NCBI GenBank assembly: GCA_951406725.2
Contig: OX597815.1
Coordinates: forward strand, 63,364,001-63,428,000
Direction of reading: 5' to 3'
DNA: 64,000 nt
Source of the DNA: Octopus vulgaris
Taxonomy: Eukaryota
Part shown: positions 26,637 through 41,584 of the stretch, piece by piece
Position numbering within the stretch: position 1 is the stretch's first letter
Layout: every line of letters starts with the position of its first letter
Made by a program: the position numbers and the translations under genes
The notes under the pieces: model-generated
Seen by the model: only the letters and a program-made list of their open reading frames with translations
The model's database searches: none
Told to the model about the DNA's origin: nothing

Positions 26637-26979
26637 TAAATATATATGTGTATTTGCTGTATATATATATATATATATATATATAAATACACACTTACAT
26701 ATATATACATGTGTGTGTGTGTGTATCCTTCTATTAACATACATGCATACAGAAGGATAGAGAGTGAGAGATTTGGGGAAATAAACTCGAGAAGGGTTGA
26801 GTTGACCTAACGGAGCTGCTGCTGATAATGCCGCTGATAACAATGTTGCTGTTTTTGTTGCTTCTGTTTTATTATCTTTAAAGACATTATTGTTGTTGTA
26901 GCTGTTGTTGTTAAAGGGGTGACTGTTCTATAAGATATGACGAAGTGTTAACACAAAAGTATGGAAGCAAATGAAACTG

Positions 26980-27789
26980 GTGTTGAGGCAACGGAATACG
27001 GAGAGTGAGAAAGAAAATACAGCATCGCACCATTATCACCCTCACCACCAGCACCACGTCCTTCACCACCCCCTTCACCAGCACCATCACCACCACCGCC
27101 ACTGCCACCAGCATCATCATCATCGTCGTCGTCGTCGTCGTCATGAAAATGATCATTACTATCGTCATCGTCATCGACATGATCATCGTCGTCGTCGTTG
27201 TTATCGTTGTCATAAACCAAACCCTGACCACAAGCACTACCAGAAATCCACCACAACCGAGGCCACTACAGCCACCATCCTGAAACCACCGCAATTAACT
27301 TCGCCACAACCACACGGAGCAGTTAGCAAAATCCGTATCTCCACTCCTATCGCTATCACTAAACCCAGCATACTGTAATTAGTGTAAAGAGTACCAGTGA
27401 TATACTAAGGGATGCGATGATGTTGACGATCTTTATGAGGATGATGGGAATGGTATTAAAGGTGTTCAGACGACGATGAACGATGATAAGGACGACAACG
27501 AGGACGATGACATTGAGGAAGATGACATTGAGGAAGATGAGGAGAGGGAGGAAGGGAGGGAGGGAGGGAGGAATGAGGGAAGGAAGGAAGGGAGGTGGAG
27601 GGGATGAGGATTATGATGACAACGACGACGACGATGATGATGATGATGACGATGCTGATGAAGAGGACGAGGACAACTATGATGATAGTGATGATGATGA
27701 TGATGATGATGACGATGAGGAGGAGCAGGACGAGGACGACAACGGCGGCGGTGGCGACGGCGGTGGCGACGGCGGTGATGTTGATGGTC

Positions 27790-27820
<31 letters not shown>

Positions 27821-28000
27821 CGACGGTGATGGTGATGGTGTTGATTAATATGAATATTTTTTTTTAAAATTAATAAGGATCATCGTCTTCCCCACCCCTC
27901 CAACTCCTGTTGCTGTCAGCTGCTGTTAATGAAGACGACGACGACGACGACGGCGATAGCTGCGGTTATTTCGGTGGCGGCGGCGACGACGACGACAGAC
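26980..28000. repeat. Compound trinucleotide microsatellite field (CAC/CAT/CGT/GAT/GAC/GGC)
   Basis: Direct inspection; yields low-complexity ORFs on both strands. Confidence 0.85.
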
Positions 28001-28151
28001 ACAATGATATTACCAGGCTGATCATCATATCACCAGCTTCACGCTTACATTTTTTTCTCTTTCATCTTTTCCTATATTCACATCTGTCTGTCTGTCACAC
28101 CCCTCTTTCCCTCACATCCCTCTCATCCTCTCATCATTATAGTTTCTCTAC

Positions 28152-28245
<94 letters not shown>

Positions 28246-28788
28246 GGTCTACTTGTGCTTTTATTCTTCGCCATCATTAAAATAAATATTCTTTAGTCTT
28301 TGTCGTTCATTTGCTTTCCTGCCTTCGTCAAACTTTTATCTCTCGCACCCATTCCCTCCCGTTCACACACTCTTCTGTCTCTCTACCGCTCGCTCTCCCT
28401 CTTTCTCTATATATGCATCACTCTCAGCCCCACTCTCTCTCTCTGTCTCATCTTCTATCAATCTCATTTTATCCATTTCTTTCTTTTTCTTTTCGCTCTC
28501 TCCATCTTTTCGTTTTACATTCAGCTCGTTTTCTCGTCAATGATCATAAGCTTCTTCCTTTCTTTCTCTCTTTTTCTTCTTTCATTCATTCTTCCTTTAT
28601 ATTTCCTTTTTCATATATAAATGTATATATGCATTGCACACACACATACCTATATACACATATATATTTACATGCGTGCAATACATATGTACATATACAT
28701 ACTCACATACGTGGATACACACATACATACACACACATGCATACAAACATACAAATACATACACACATACATACATATATATCTGTAT

Positions 28789-28819
<31 letters not shown>

Positions 28820-28823
28820 CAAG

Positions 28824-28859
<36 letters not shown>

Positions 28860-28935
28860 ATATATGATGTATATACACATACATACTCACATACGTGGAT
28901 ACACACATACATATATACATACATATATATCTGTA

Positions 28936-28971
<36 letters not shown>

Positions 28972-29119
28972 TATATATGTTTGTATATGCTATATCTAGA
29001 CATAGATATTCTAACAAACGAACACGTATAGATATGAAAGAAAGCGGGTGCGTGTAAGTATATGCGTATATATGCATACACTACGAAGTATAAACGCTAT
29101 GCAGAGATGTGTATAGATG

Positions 29120-29930
29120 CATACTTCTTACCAGTTGAAATTTGCTTGAAACATATTCGAACCTGTAAGGAAGCCATTCACTGTCTTTTGTCATGGAGAA
29201 CATTTATCACTGTAGACAAATAGATGCTAGCACACTGAGCCAGTTCGAAGCGTTCTCATACTAGACTGATGGATGCATACAATTCAGTATCTGATGCGGA
29301 AGAGGAGATAAACACACCGAAGCTACTGAGAAAGAAGATATGGAGAGAATGTTTGTTGTAGCTTAGGCGATGTGGGGAAGCGGTTAAGGAAGGACGTACA
29401 AAAGAGAGAATTGAATATGCGGCTGCGTTTGGGAGAAATATTTTGTTATTTGTTATTTAAAAAAGTGAAGATTCAAAAATTCTTTAAATCTGACTTACCA
29501 TCAAACATAAGACAAAAAACAATCTGTTTGAAGACCAGAGATCAGTTATGGACACGTGTTTCTGCACCAAGAGGAATCACCAGCATAGCGAAAAATTAGA
29601 GATATACAAAAAAGATTTCTGGCTTTACTAAATTCGCATAAATGAAATGAAAATGAGTTCAGAGTACGTCCAGGGATAACATGTTTTAACTATCTTTCTC
29701 GACTTGGTCAGCTTTTCCAGTCCATAAGTAGATGTAAAGCCTGTGTTGTAAAACCCTGTCATCATATCAGCACATTTAGGGTCGATAAATTTAATCGCAA
29801 AGCATGTCCTACAATGCCACAGAATTATTCGCTTTTTCTGGTGGAGGTTAAAACTCGGTTCATGCAATTTCACTTCATCTGGAAAGATTTATCAGATTCA
29901 AGCAACCATTTTTATAAACGCCATCTTTTA
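29120..29930 (-). pseudogene. Possible highly decayed piggyBac-like transposase
   Basis: SITDLWSSNRL...MFDGK and, further on, MASLQVRICFKQISTGK weakly echo piggyBac DLWS/NRF/LRFDD and DE-x-GR-x-FxQY-x-KP motifs. Confidence 0.35.
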
Positions 29931-29939
29931 AGAAAGTGG

Positions 29940-29970
<31 letters not shown>

Positions 29971-30164
29971 TGTATGTATGTATGTATGTATGTATTATGT
30001 ATGTATTATGTATGCATGTATATATGTATGTATGTATGTGTACGAGTAGATACATACATACACACATACATACATACATGCATACATACATATATACATT
30101 CATATATATGTGTGTACATACACACACACACACACGCACACACAAGTATACATAAATATATATT

Positions 30165-30375
30165 GGTTTCAAATTTTGGCACAGGGCCAACATTTTCGAG
30201 GGAGTGGGGTGAGTTTATTTCATTTACTCAGCGTTCAACTGGTACTTACTTTATCGAGCTCGACAAGATGAACGGCAAAGTCAACCCCAGCGAATTAGAG
30301 ATCAGGACGTAAAGTTGGGAGAAATACGCCTAAGCACTTTTCCCGGCATGCTAACGATTCTGCCAGTTAACCGGC
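30165..30375 (-). mobile_element. SINE family B
   Basis: ttttggcacagggcc...actggtacttactttatcga...ggcaaagtcaacc...gaaatacgcctaagca...tgctaacgattctgccag. Confidence 0.85.
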
Positions 30376-30421
30376 TAATAAACACAAATATTAATACTTG
30401 TTTTTATGCATAATTATATAC

Positions 30422-30581
30422 GAGTGGCTGTGTGGTAAGTAGCTTGCTTAAGAACAACATGGTTCCGGGTTCAGTCCCACTGCGTGGCACCTTGGGCAAG
30501 TGTCTTCTACTATAGCCTCGGGTCGACCAAAGCCTTGTGAGTGGATTTGTTGGACGGAAACTGAAAAGAAGCCCGTCGTAT

Positions 30582-30615
<34 letters not shown>

Positions 30616-30845
30616 GCATGTATATATGTGTGTATATGTTTGTGTGTCTGTGTTTGTCCTCCCAACATCGCTTGACAACCGATGCTGGTGTGTTTACGAC
30701 CCCGTAACTTAGCGGTTCGGCTAAAGACCGATAGAATAAGTACTAGGCTTACAAAGAATAAGTCCTGGGGTTGATTTGCTCGACTAAAGGCGGTGCTCCA
30801 GCATATCCACAGTCAAAAGACTGAAACATGTAAAAGAGTAAGAGA
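30422..30845 (+). mobile_element. SINE family A, near full length
   Basis: High similarity to 11378-11772 and 47335-47721. Confidence 0.92.
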
Positions 30846-31274
30846 GAGAGAGAGAGAGAGTACATAATCAAGAAATCACTCAATATGTTTTGTAGACTAC
30901 TCTACATATTTTATTTTTACAAAGGAAATTTGAGAGTTACCTCGAACTTTCGATGATGTAGCCTTCAACGAACTCTTAATTGGTATTTTTTCATCAACAA
31001 TTCTTTATTCGACTACTTCTTTATTCTCCCTACACAATAATTTCTACCCATTCACTCAATAAAACCATTTATAAAGACATTTCTTTTTATATAATAAGAA
31101 TATACAATTACACCGCTTCCAATTTGTAGCCACATGGTTCCTGTCTCAAAATGTACCCCAAAAAACGATATAAGAATGGCAAAACCAAAGTGATGTACTG
31201 TTCGATGACAGCTACAGAGCAGAGCCTTCAAGAGCAGTTATAATTTCCCTCGCAAAAACGTGCGTGTATACGCT

Positions 31275-31331
<57 letters not shown>

Positions 31332-31746
31332 ATGTATATGTGTATATATGTGCGTGTGTGTATCGGATATACGCAGTGAGTCAGTATTAAATAAAAAAAA
31401 TAGCCATTTGCATATCATACCTAATGTATATACACTGTTGGTAGGTCACTTACCACAGACTTTGTTCCGAGATAACATCTTTTATGGACATGTGAGAAGG
31501 CCAGATACATTTTGACATTTTAGAGCCTTTTCAATGAAACATATTCACAGTCAGTCACATGCTTGGACAAGAATTCGTCGATATAGGTAAAATTGAGTAA
31601 AAAATTCATTAACGCTGCGAAAATTACAGGTGCATAAAAGATTATCTTAGGATGATCTATATGCATTCATCTATAAATATTAAGTATGATACATGGATGG
31701 TTATGTGTGTATAGGTGTGTGTGTGTGTTTTATATATGTGTATATA

Positions 31747-31961
31747 CAGGGGGCCTGAAAAGTTCCTGGCTTTGAGTAAAAGAAAACACGGGAGGAGCAA
31801 TTAATTATGATTTTGTTCATCATATTCTCCTCTCAGATTCACACATTTGTTGCAGCGATCCTTCAGTTTTTCTAAGCCCTGTAAAAGAACTCGGAAGTTT
31901 GGGCCTCCAACCATGCCATTCGCAATACCCCGGAAGCCAGGAACTTTTCAGCACCCCGTCG
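31747..31961. mobile_element. Mariner-derived MITE with TA target duplication
   Basis: TA-cagggggcctgaaaagttcctggctt ... aagccaggaacttttcagcaccccgtcg-TA. Confidence 0.88.
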
Positions 31962-31965
31962 TACA

Positions 31966-32011
<46 letters not shown>

Positions 32012-32312
32012 TGCATGTGTATGTATTCGTGTATGGAAACGGTATGTGTGCGTCTGTTAGTGCTCTCTTGAAATTTAATTAAAGATCTTCTTAGCAGCCA
32101 TTCCGTGACGCAGCAACCATTCTGTGAAAAATCGGGAGAGAACTTCGAGCTAGCTCAGCAGTTATGATTGAACTTCTAAGGAAGAGTCAAATTAAGCTAA
32201 CATTAAATTCAAGTTTCACTTATAAGCAGTTTGTTCGAAAAGGTGGGCGATAGGAGAAAAATGTCCCTGGCAACGTGGCCTAAACAATTATATATTACAT
32301 GTGTGCGTGTGC

Positions 32313-32379
<67 letters not shown>

Positions 32380-32380
<1 letters not shown>

Positions 32381-32512
32381 AACGCTCAGGAATTGAAAAC
32401 GTCTTTTACGTTTCGAGCCTACGCTCTTCTGCAGAAAGGGACACAGAAAAAAAACAAGGAGAGAAACAAGGAGAGAAAAAAATGTGTGTAGTGGCTAACG
32501 ATCTATCATGGC
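32380..32512 (-). mobile_element. Family H short repeat with HHR-like motif at 32403-32438
   Basis: Reverse complement: CUUU CUGCAGAA GAGC-GUAG-GCUC GAAA CG U A AAAG. Confidence 0.72.
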
Positions 32513-32517
32513 GATTT

Positions 32518-32855
<338 letters not shown>

Positions 32856-33340
32856 TCATTTCCTACGGCCGTTTCTGCTTCCACTATGTCGGTGCTTACG
32901 AAAGTGTAGAGCAGAGTAGAGTCACACTGAATATATGTAAACTTATTGTGAATAAACGTTTGGTGTGTGTTGCGTATCGGTACTTGATAAATGAAAAATG
33001 CATTGTAAATAAACAACAGATGAAAAAGGTATATGTATAAGACTCAGACGCTCTCTAATTCTTCATTAGTTATCAACCAGAATAATAATACACAGTTTCG
33101 CACCTTTAATGATAAGACTGAGGGGTTCCCATTTTGGTGGTGCCTGCGAAAGGCGCAGATAATCGGGCCCCGAATAAACAAAACGAAACAACACAGAGTG
33201 GACATACGAAAGTAAAAAAAATATGTAATTTAAGACGATGGACAAAGACGATATATGTCCCATAAAATGTAAACACACTTTAGCAGCTGATAACTCAACT
33301 GATGTATTTTCTTTCCAGATTAAACCCATTGGAATTAATA

Positions 33341-34203
33341 ATGGCAGTCAGACTAAGCTTTGAGCAAAGGAAATTCATTCTGAAATGCTACTGGAAGTGT
33401 GAAAACGCAGTTGAAATGCAAACACAGTTTAGGAGGGAGTTTCAAACAGATCCACCAACTCGACTTATCATTACTTGAATTAGAGATGAGTTTGAAGCCG
33501 ATGGAACTGTTCAGAATGTCCACGAGAAGTGTTCTGGAAGACCACGAACATCGACAACCACCACAAAACAAGAATGATTGCTGGAAATGTATCACCAAAG
33601 TCCGAGAAAATCTGTGTGGCAAGCGTGTCATGAGGTAGGTATTTCAAAATCATCTTTCCAACGCATTTTGAAGCGTTGTCAATAGAAAATTTACGTTTCA
33701 AGATTAGTCCATGCTATTAATGACGATGATCCAGACCAAAGAGTGCAGTAGTACGAGTGGTACTTGGTACGATGTTTAGAAGATGCACACTTTCCAACAA
33801 AGATTGTGTGGAGTGATGAGGCCACATGCAAGTTAAATGGTTCAAATGCACCTATTGGGGCTGAAAATCCGCATGTTATGGTGGAACACCATGCTAATTT
33901 GCCAGGTGTTAGAGTTGTGTGGTTTATCATCAAGAGGATTAATTGGGCCATTCTTTGTTGACGCTACTGTGACGCTACGTTCACATGACATTGCGGCAAC
34001 AGTCTGTCATGCCAAGCATTAGAGAAGTCTTTGAAGATAAAGAGTTTTATTTTCAGCAAGATGGGGCAGTCGCTGATTTGAGCTACCATTGAACGAGAAT
34101 GCCTACAAATACCTAATTGTTTAGTGACGTTTGCGATTCCATTGCTTCGCGTTTTCGGCAGTGCCTGAACCAGAACGGACTTCAGTTTGAAAACAGACGT
34201 TGA
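33341..34203 (+). pseudogene. IS630-Tc1-mariner transposase relic, DUF4817/Tc3-like (probably rosa/DD41D type)
   Basis: MAVRLSFEQRKFILKCYWKCENAVEMQTQFRREF...SGRPRTS...SPRKS...[13 protein letters not shown]...ENPH...GLIGPFF...FYFQQDGA, then a deletion to the C-terminus; many stops; 3' TIR-like end gataccttg-TA near 34319. Confidence 0.88.
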
Positions 34204-34961
34204 CAAAACAATAAAATAATGTCTGTAGATTCTATCAAATTTTGAAAATGAAATGTATTTTAATAAACACCTTCTTTACAATTATTTATATTATCTATAC
34301 ATTTTTTTTTGATACCTTGTATATAGTGTACAGATCAACAAAAAAAGTAAGCCATCTGGTGAGAGATAAATATTATTAATAAACACAATATATGCATTTA
34401 TGAGCATTTTATTAGTTTCATGCCATGAAAGCAGCTCTGGCGTCATTTTTTAACACATATCTTCCTTCCGACACAGGGACAAAGTAAAGCCACTAAGTTG
34501 GCTTGCCACATATGGCATTTGAAGTCTAACGCCAAACTACATGCAGTAAAGTGGAAAATGGTTGAAAGAGCGACACCATATATCAACAGATCAAAAAAGT
34601 ATTTTCTCGTTTTCTTTTCTCTCATCCTATCGTCCTGCTTTTTACTTGTTACGCCATAGGCACTACCTGAAGATTGCGTTAAGGCACCAGACATGTTTAA
34701 AAATACTGTCTGAGCTGCTTTGAATTTAGTTAAATAGTTATATTCGGCATACCTTGATGCTATTAATGTGATTCATTCAAGCATGAATGCAATTAAATGG
34801 AAAATACTTTGGACGCTCATCAAGCTGCAAAATGCATCCATGTCAACCTTGAATTTTACAAAAACAACCATTATCTCAGTCTCGAAGTCATCTTTCAATC
34901 TATTGAATGCATATACACAGGAAATTTGGAGGTGTTAAAATACATTTATCGTTTTTTTTTT

Positions 34962-35475
<514 letters not shown>

Positions 35476-35836
35476 TAGGACTGCACACAAAATTCTCGGC
35501 TCTTGAAGCACTCACGCAGCATCTCAACTGCGTAGTAAGAATATAACATAAGCACTCTACTTTACGTATTGAGTTCTGTTTCCACTGTCTGTATAATCAA
35601 TCATAGACACGCGAGTGGGCACAGACAGACACACACACACACAAAAGAAAAAAACAAAAGAAAAAGGTTGCTAACTATGGTTATACTTCAAGTTTCTTGC
35701 ACCGTGGGATCGTTCAGACAACAAACCGATGCCTGTTACCGAATAAATAAACTCTGCCGCATACGTTGAGCACTCCTTCCTTCGTAAGTATTCTCAATCG
35801 CTCATACATACGTACATACATACATACATACATACA

Positions 35837-35870
<34 letters not shown>

Positions 35871-35927
35871 CATACATACATACATACATACATACATGCA
35901 TATACACAAGCATACATAGATATATAC

Positions 35928-35961
<34 letters not shown>

Positions 35962-36576
35962 TATGCTTACATACATACATATATACATACATACATACAT
36001 ACATACATACATACATACATACACATGCATACATATGTACATACACACGCAAATTCACACACATATACACACACACAAATTTTATAATCGTGTTTGTATA
36101 TAAATATAGACAGATAAATATAGGTATGTTTATCTATATGACTTAATATACAAATTTTGTATCTTCATAGATTTATATAAAAGTTTATTCATACAAAGTA
36201 AACACACACACACACACACACATGCACAAATACACACATACATATACGCAAATAAACACATACATACAGGAATGCACACACATCACCTTTCTGAATATAC
36301 ACATGTGTATATATCCATGCACAAACACATATATGTGCGCTTGTGTATGTATTTGTATGTGCATACACAAACAAACGTCTATGCACACACATACACACAC
36401 ACACACACATATATATTTATATATGCACGTACACACACACATACATACACACACACATATATACACACACATACATACACACACACATATATACACATAT
36501 ATATATACACACATATATATATATACACACATATATATATGTGTATATATATATATATATAAATATAAATATACAG

Positions 36577-36722
<146 letters not shown>

Positions 36723-37304
36723 CAAAGCATGCACACATAAGCACCGCACAGAGCCACACACACACACACACACACTCACACACAGAGACACTCACACACA
36801 TATTATGTATATATTCGTATACATAGATATATACAGCGAAATGGTGTGATGTTACAGGCAGGAGACGACGGCTTTAATAGTTTGCTGCATTATGGCCAAG
36901 TGTGATTAGTGAAGCATACTTACTATTGATTCGTGGCCGCTTGGCGTTACCATGGAGATAAATGAGTAATGAAGCTTCAATTACTCTCAGTTTATGGGGA
37001 CCTATAATTACCAGCGTGTGTCTGCAGGACTGGAAGCGCCCCCTCTCAGACAGATCTCGGTCATCATGGGTGGTAGACAGGAATATATTTTGGTCCATTT
37101 CCTATCGCTGAATTGTTTGTTGGGAAGTGAACGCACGTACTACAGTAAATATACACCCACATAAACCAACACTGCATATTTGAGTGTGTGTGTGTTTGTA
37201 CGTGAGTATATGCATATATTTGTATGTATGCAACTATGAATGCATCTGAGTATGTGTGTGCCTCTGTTCGTATACATATATGCATGTGTGTGTGTGTATG
37301 TATA

Positions 37305-37346
<42 letters not shown>

Positions 37347-37633
37347 TGTGTGTGTGTGTGTGCGTATGTATGTATATATACATATATATGTATGTATGCA
37401 TGTATATATCTACACACACACATACATACATTCATTTATATTTCCATATAACAAAACAATACATAATATATAAGAAAAGTTGGGAGTATATCAGTTGTTT
37501 ATATTTTCATGCATAACCCACGCACACATTCATGCATATGTATATATATATAATGATGCGTATATATATTTGTACGAGTGTGCGTGTGTATGTGTGTATG
37601 TGGTTGCGCACGCATGACAGTGCACGTGTATGA

Positions 37634-37669
<36 letters not shown>

Positions 37670-37708
37670 ATGTATTTATGTATGTATGTATGTATGTATG
37701 TATGCATG

Positions 37709-37789
<81 letters not shown>

Positions 37790-38079
37790 GAAAGCAAACG
37801 CATTTACCTCGAGTTTTCCTGAAAAGTGCTGAGCTAAAATAAATGAGGATGTAATGGTGAAACTAAACAAGAGTCGATAAAACCCTTTACAGTAAAAGAA
37901 AGACCAGAAATGGAAAGAATAAGAATGTGGAAATATAAGACTCGAATGCAACTTCAACATAAGTCAAAGAAATTATATCAACCCTACTGTGTGACATATA
38001 ATGGAATATTGTAGTTAACAGTAGAAATCAAATCTGAAATAAGAGTCAGGGACAGAATTCTCATGAATGTTTTAAACAC

Positions 38080-38260
38080 ATCTAAGGAAGCGAGATGGAA
38101 AAAGCCTTAGCATGCTGTGCAAAACCCTTAACGGTATTTTGTTCGGTTTCACGTTCTAAATTCATATTTCCTCCGAGACCGACTTTACCTTTCATCCTTT
38201 CGGCGTCGGTGTAATCGACTTATCGCCTTCAACGAAATTTCTGCCCTTGTGCGAAAATTT
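38080..38260 (+). mobile_element. SINE family B, degraded
   Basis: ggtatttt...acgttctaaattca...ccgagaccgactttacctttcatcctttcgg. Confidence 0.7.
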
Positions 38261-40166
38261 ATAAACCAATATTTTAACCACAAATTTCGGATTGGGAAAA
38301 TCTTGCTTAACCAACACAGATTGTCCACTTTTAAGATATCTAATGAAGAATTTGGGAGTAATTTATGCATTGATCGATCGGACCCCATCAATACACATCG
38401 CTACATGAAATCAGCGAAGAATTCCTTCCACGAGTCTGTCAAACAATCATTGAATTATTTGTGAAGATGGCCTTGATATGGCCTTGATCCAAGGGTACCC
38501 AGGCCATATTGCTTATTCAATTAAGATTTACAAACACTGTCATCGCGTCCTCAGAATATTGATGAGACGATAGAAGTGAGCATAAACTGCATGAATGGTG
38601 CAAGGCAAATGGTTTGCATGAGATTAAAATTCATCAATATATATTAGCGACAAAGGAAGTATTAATACTGAAAGTGCACTAGCGGGCAGTCAAATCTCCA
38701 CCATCTCCAGCGCCAAAACTTATCTTTCCACAAGCGGTATAAAGAAGAGTGTATTTTACACCAAAGGCCAATACGGGAGTTTCTCTCATGGTATCTACTG
38801 CAGTACTGTTTGTTCCAACAGAACATCCCTGTTTAAGTGGGTAAACTATTAAGACATCAGTTCCGTCTAGATTGCTTTCCGTAACGTCAAGTGTAACATG
38901 GTTTCTGGAGACCTTCCTCGACGTATCGAATAATATCGTTTATGATGTATGGAGGACTGACATAAAGAACATCAATATTTTGAATGGAATAGAACAATTC
39001 AGAAAGCCGGTGTCCACAGAGACCTACACTGACTTGGGTTTCATCAGATGATTTAACGTCTTATTCTGCTTTCTGTGAAGGGAATAAAAGACATTCTGGT
39101 TATCTGCATAGACAAGACATATACAGATCAATCCATTCGTGATGGACTGATTCACAAAATATTGGATTTCATTTTTCTTTTCTCCTTTTGGGTACATCTA
39201 ATGAAACACTTGGATCAACAATCGGGCTGTTTATCTTTAAGGAATTTGCCACTAACAGACCTGGAAATAGGCATCATGATGGAGTATACCCTTTTTCCAT
39301 TCCACTCCGTAACGGCAATGAAGAGATGATGAATCTTACCGTATTCTTGAAGCCCGAGAAGAGACATAATATTACAACCGCTACGCGTTTTATGGTCTAC
39401 ATTACTGCTACCGTGGAAAAAAAAGGAGAGAATCTAGATTTTTGCTAGCTCTGTTTCGAATGGATTCATAAGCCAACAAACGATGCAGTTCATCGATAAT
39501 GCGGGGGTAGGGTCAACTTGAGGAATCACAATTCGATGGGTATCATTATTCGTCCAGTTCCACAGATATTCTCAACATATGATGATGTTGATCTGTTCTA
39601 CACCCACGAAACGTTAAGTGATGTGGACTTACGTCAAACTCATTTTAATACATGTAATTTCAACTAAATATGTTGAATTCTTCTTTCGTTCGCTCACGCA
39701 GACATACATTTTGTGTATACATCCCCCCCACTTCTATACATACATACATACATACATACATACATACATACATACATACATACATACATACATACATACA
39801 TACATACATACATACATGCATACATACATACATACAAAGGTAAATATCAGAGGAATAGAAAATACCTACGTTGAACTATTGAGAAATCTGCAATTACACG
39901 TTTAGGTTTATACCTGTAATTATTGGGGCACTGGGATATATAACACATTGCCTAAATACCAATCTTGAGAAATTAGGCTTTTCAAAACCAGAAAGATGAT
40001 TCGGAGACTACAGGTCCAATCCATCACTGGAACTGTAAAAATCTGTAAAATTTTTCAGAAGTTTATCATTTAAGCATATATGCGCTTGTATAGATATGCA
40101 ACTATATGCATAATAATACATACATAAAACAAGACATTCAAATCTGCTCATATACATACATACATA

Positions 40167-40217
<51 letters not shown>

Positions 40218-40223
40218 GCCAAT

Positions 40224-40439
40224 GTATGCCAGGTCTGCAAATCTAACGGATGACTCAAAAGTCATTTTAAGATCCACAAAGATCAGGACTCAACGGCAAT
40301 TCTTGATGGGCCATATCGGATATGCAATCTATGTGGGTGTCTTTTCAAAACATTGTTTGGTTTAAAAACCCACATCAGATGCCATGATAGTTCCTAGGTG
40401 TAGGAGGTGGTCAAACTCTGCATAAGGGGTAAACAACCA

Positions 40440-40442
<3 letters not shown>
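40224..40442 (+). mobile_element. RTE-like LINE 3' end with tandem C2H2-like fingers
   Basis: VCKSNG*LKSHFKIH...ICNLCGCLFKTLFGLKTHIRCHDSS*, then a short UTR and a (TA)n tail. Confidence 0.7.
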
Positions 40443-40494
<52 letters not shown>

Positions 40495-40495
<1 letters not shown>

Positions 40496-40700
40496 TAGCA
40501 GCTAAGCCCGGTTTCACCCAGTCTGTTTGGATGATGTAGCTATGATCGTTTTCGGTTAGGCATAATCTATAATAACGTTTCTCAACCTTATCATTTCGGG
40601 TTCCCTGTTTCGATTGGAGCCTGCAGCTCTATGAAAATACCCTGATTCTCCCCCACCCTTGCTAGAAAACAGCTTCAGGAGTTGTGAAGAACGAATTTGT
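40495..40700 (-). mobile_element. Helitron-like 3' terminus
   Basis: Reverse complement ends ctgggtgaaaccgggcttagctgCTAG-T: GC-rich sub-terminal segment followed by CTAG. Confidence 0.55.
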
Positions 40701-40917
40701 ATATATATATATATATGCATGTGTGTATATATATAGATGTACAGATGCACATACACACATTCACGTTCTATCTCACAAACATACTTGAATATGTATGTGT
40801 ATATGCATGCATGTATGGGTAAATTATTTTGTGTACATGTGCGCCTATATATATATATGTGCGTGTATATACTTATATATGTATATATATATGTGTATAT
40901 ATATTTGTATATACACG

Positions 40918-40988
<71 letters not shown>

Positions 40989-40993
<5 letters not shown>

Positions 40994-41493
40994 AAAATAG
41001 TAAAGTGTGAAAAAACGACAGAAGGCTTAAATGTTAAAAAATATATATATTTGTGTCAAAATGTCTGGAGAATATTGGAAAAAATTTTTTTCCCTTTCCT
41101 TAAAATGACATAATTTTAAAATTTTTAAAGAAATTACCGGTTTCGCGTGTAGCTTTTCAAATTTCTTGTGACGTTATGTTTATATTGCATGGAATTATCG
41201 TTGTTTTTATTTCCAGGAGATTTCTAAATAAGGGGAGGTAGTGAGTGATTTTTTCCGGTGTAGGGGAGATAATCGCTTAAATTTTTTTTTTTTTTTTTTT
41301 TTTTTTTTCCCTTTTCCTTGTTAATTTCTCTACGCGAAACCGGTAATTTCTTTAAAAATTTTAAAATTATGTCATTTTAAGGAAAGGGAAAAAAAATTTT
41401 TCCAATATTCTCCAGACATTTTGACACAAATATATATATTTTTTAACATTTAAGCCTTCTGTCGTTTTTTCACACTTTACTATTTTCTTATAT
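40989..41493. mobile_element. Young fold-back element with ~160 bp near-perfect inverted arms and an HHR variant
   Basis: Arms 40989-41148 and 41332-41493 appear essentially identical by eye. Confidence 0.9.
41128..41167 (-). ncRNA. Minimal type I hammerhead with U3-A8 core variant
   Basis: Reverse complement: AAGAAAU UUGAAAA GC-UACAC-GC GAAA CCGG U A AUUUCUU; 7-bp stem I, palindromic ACCGGU, GUA triplet. Confidence 0.65.
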
Positions 41494-41524
41494 ATTCACC
41501 CACGTGCTTTACCAAACAAACTTT

Positions 41525-41584
<60 letters not shown>

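Noticed and set aside
27483-27848. Asp/Gly-rich ORF resembling an acidic biomineralisation protein
   Set aside because: Lies in a mixed trinucleotide field that is open in several frames on both strands; no signal peptide or splice support
29498-29560. 63-nt minus-strand exon with good cag/gtaagt sites
   Set aside because: The peptide is compatible with a decayed piggyBac region and no partner exons were identified; unsupported
34655-34690. ctgaaga-ttgc..gca hammerhead half (similar cases at 2898 and 20542)
   Set aside because: No correctly placed GAAA/UH or stem I
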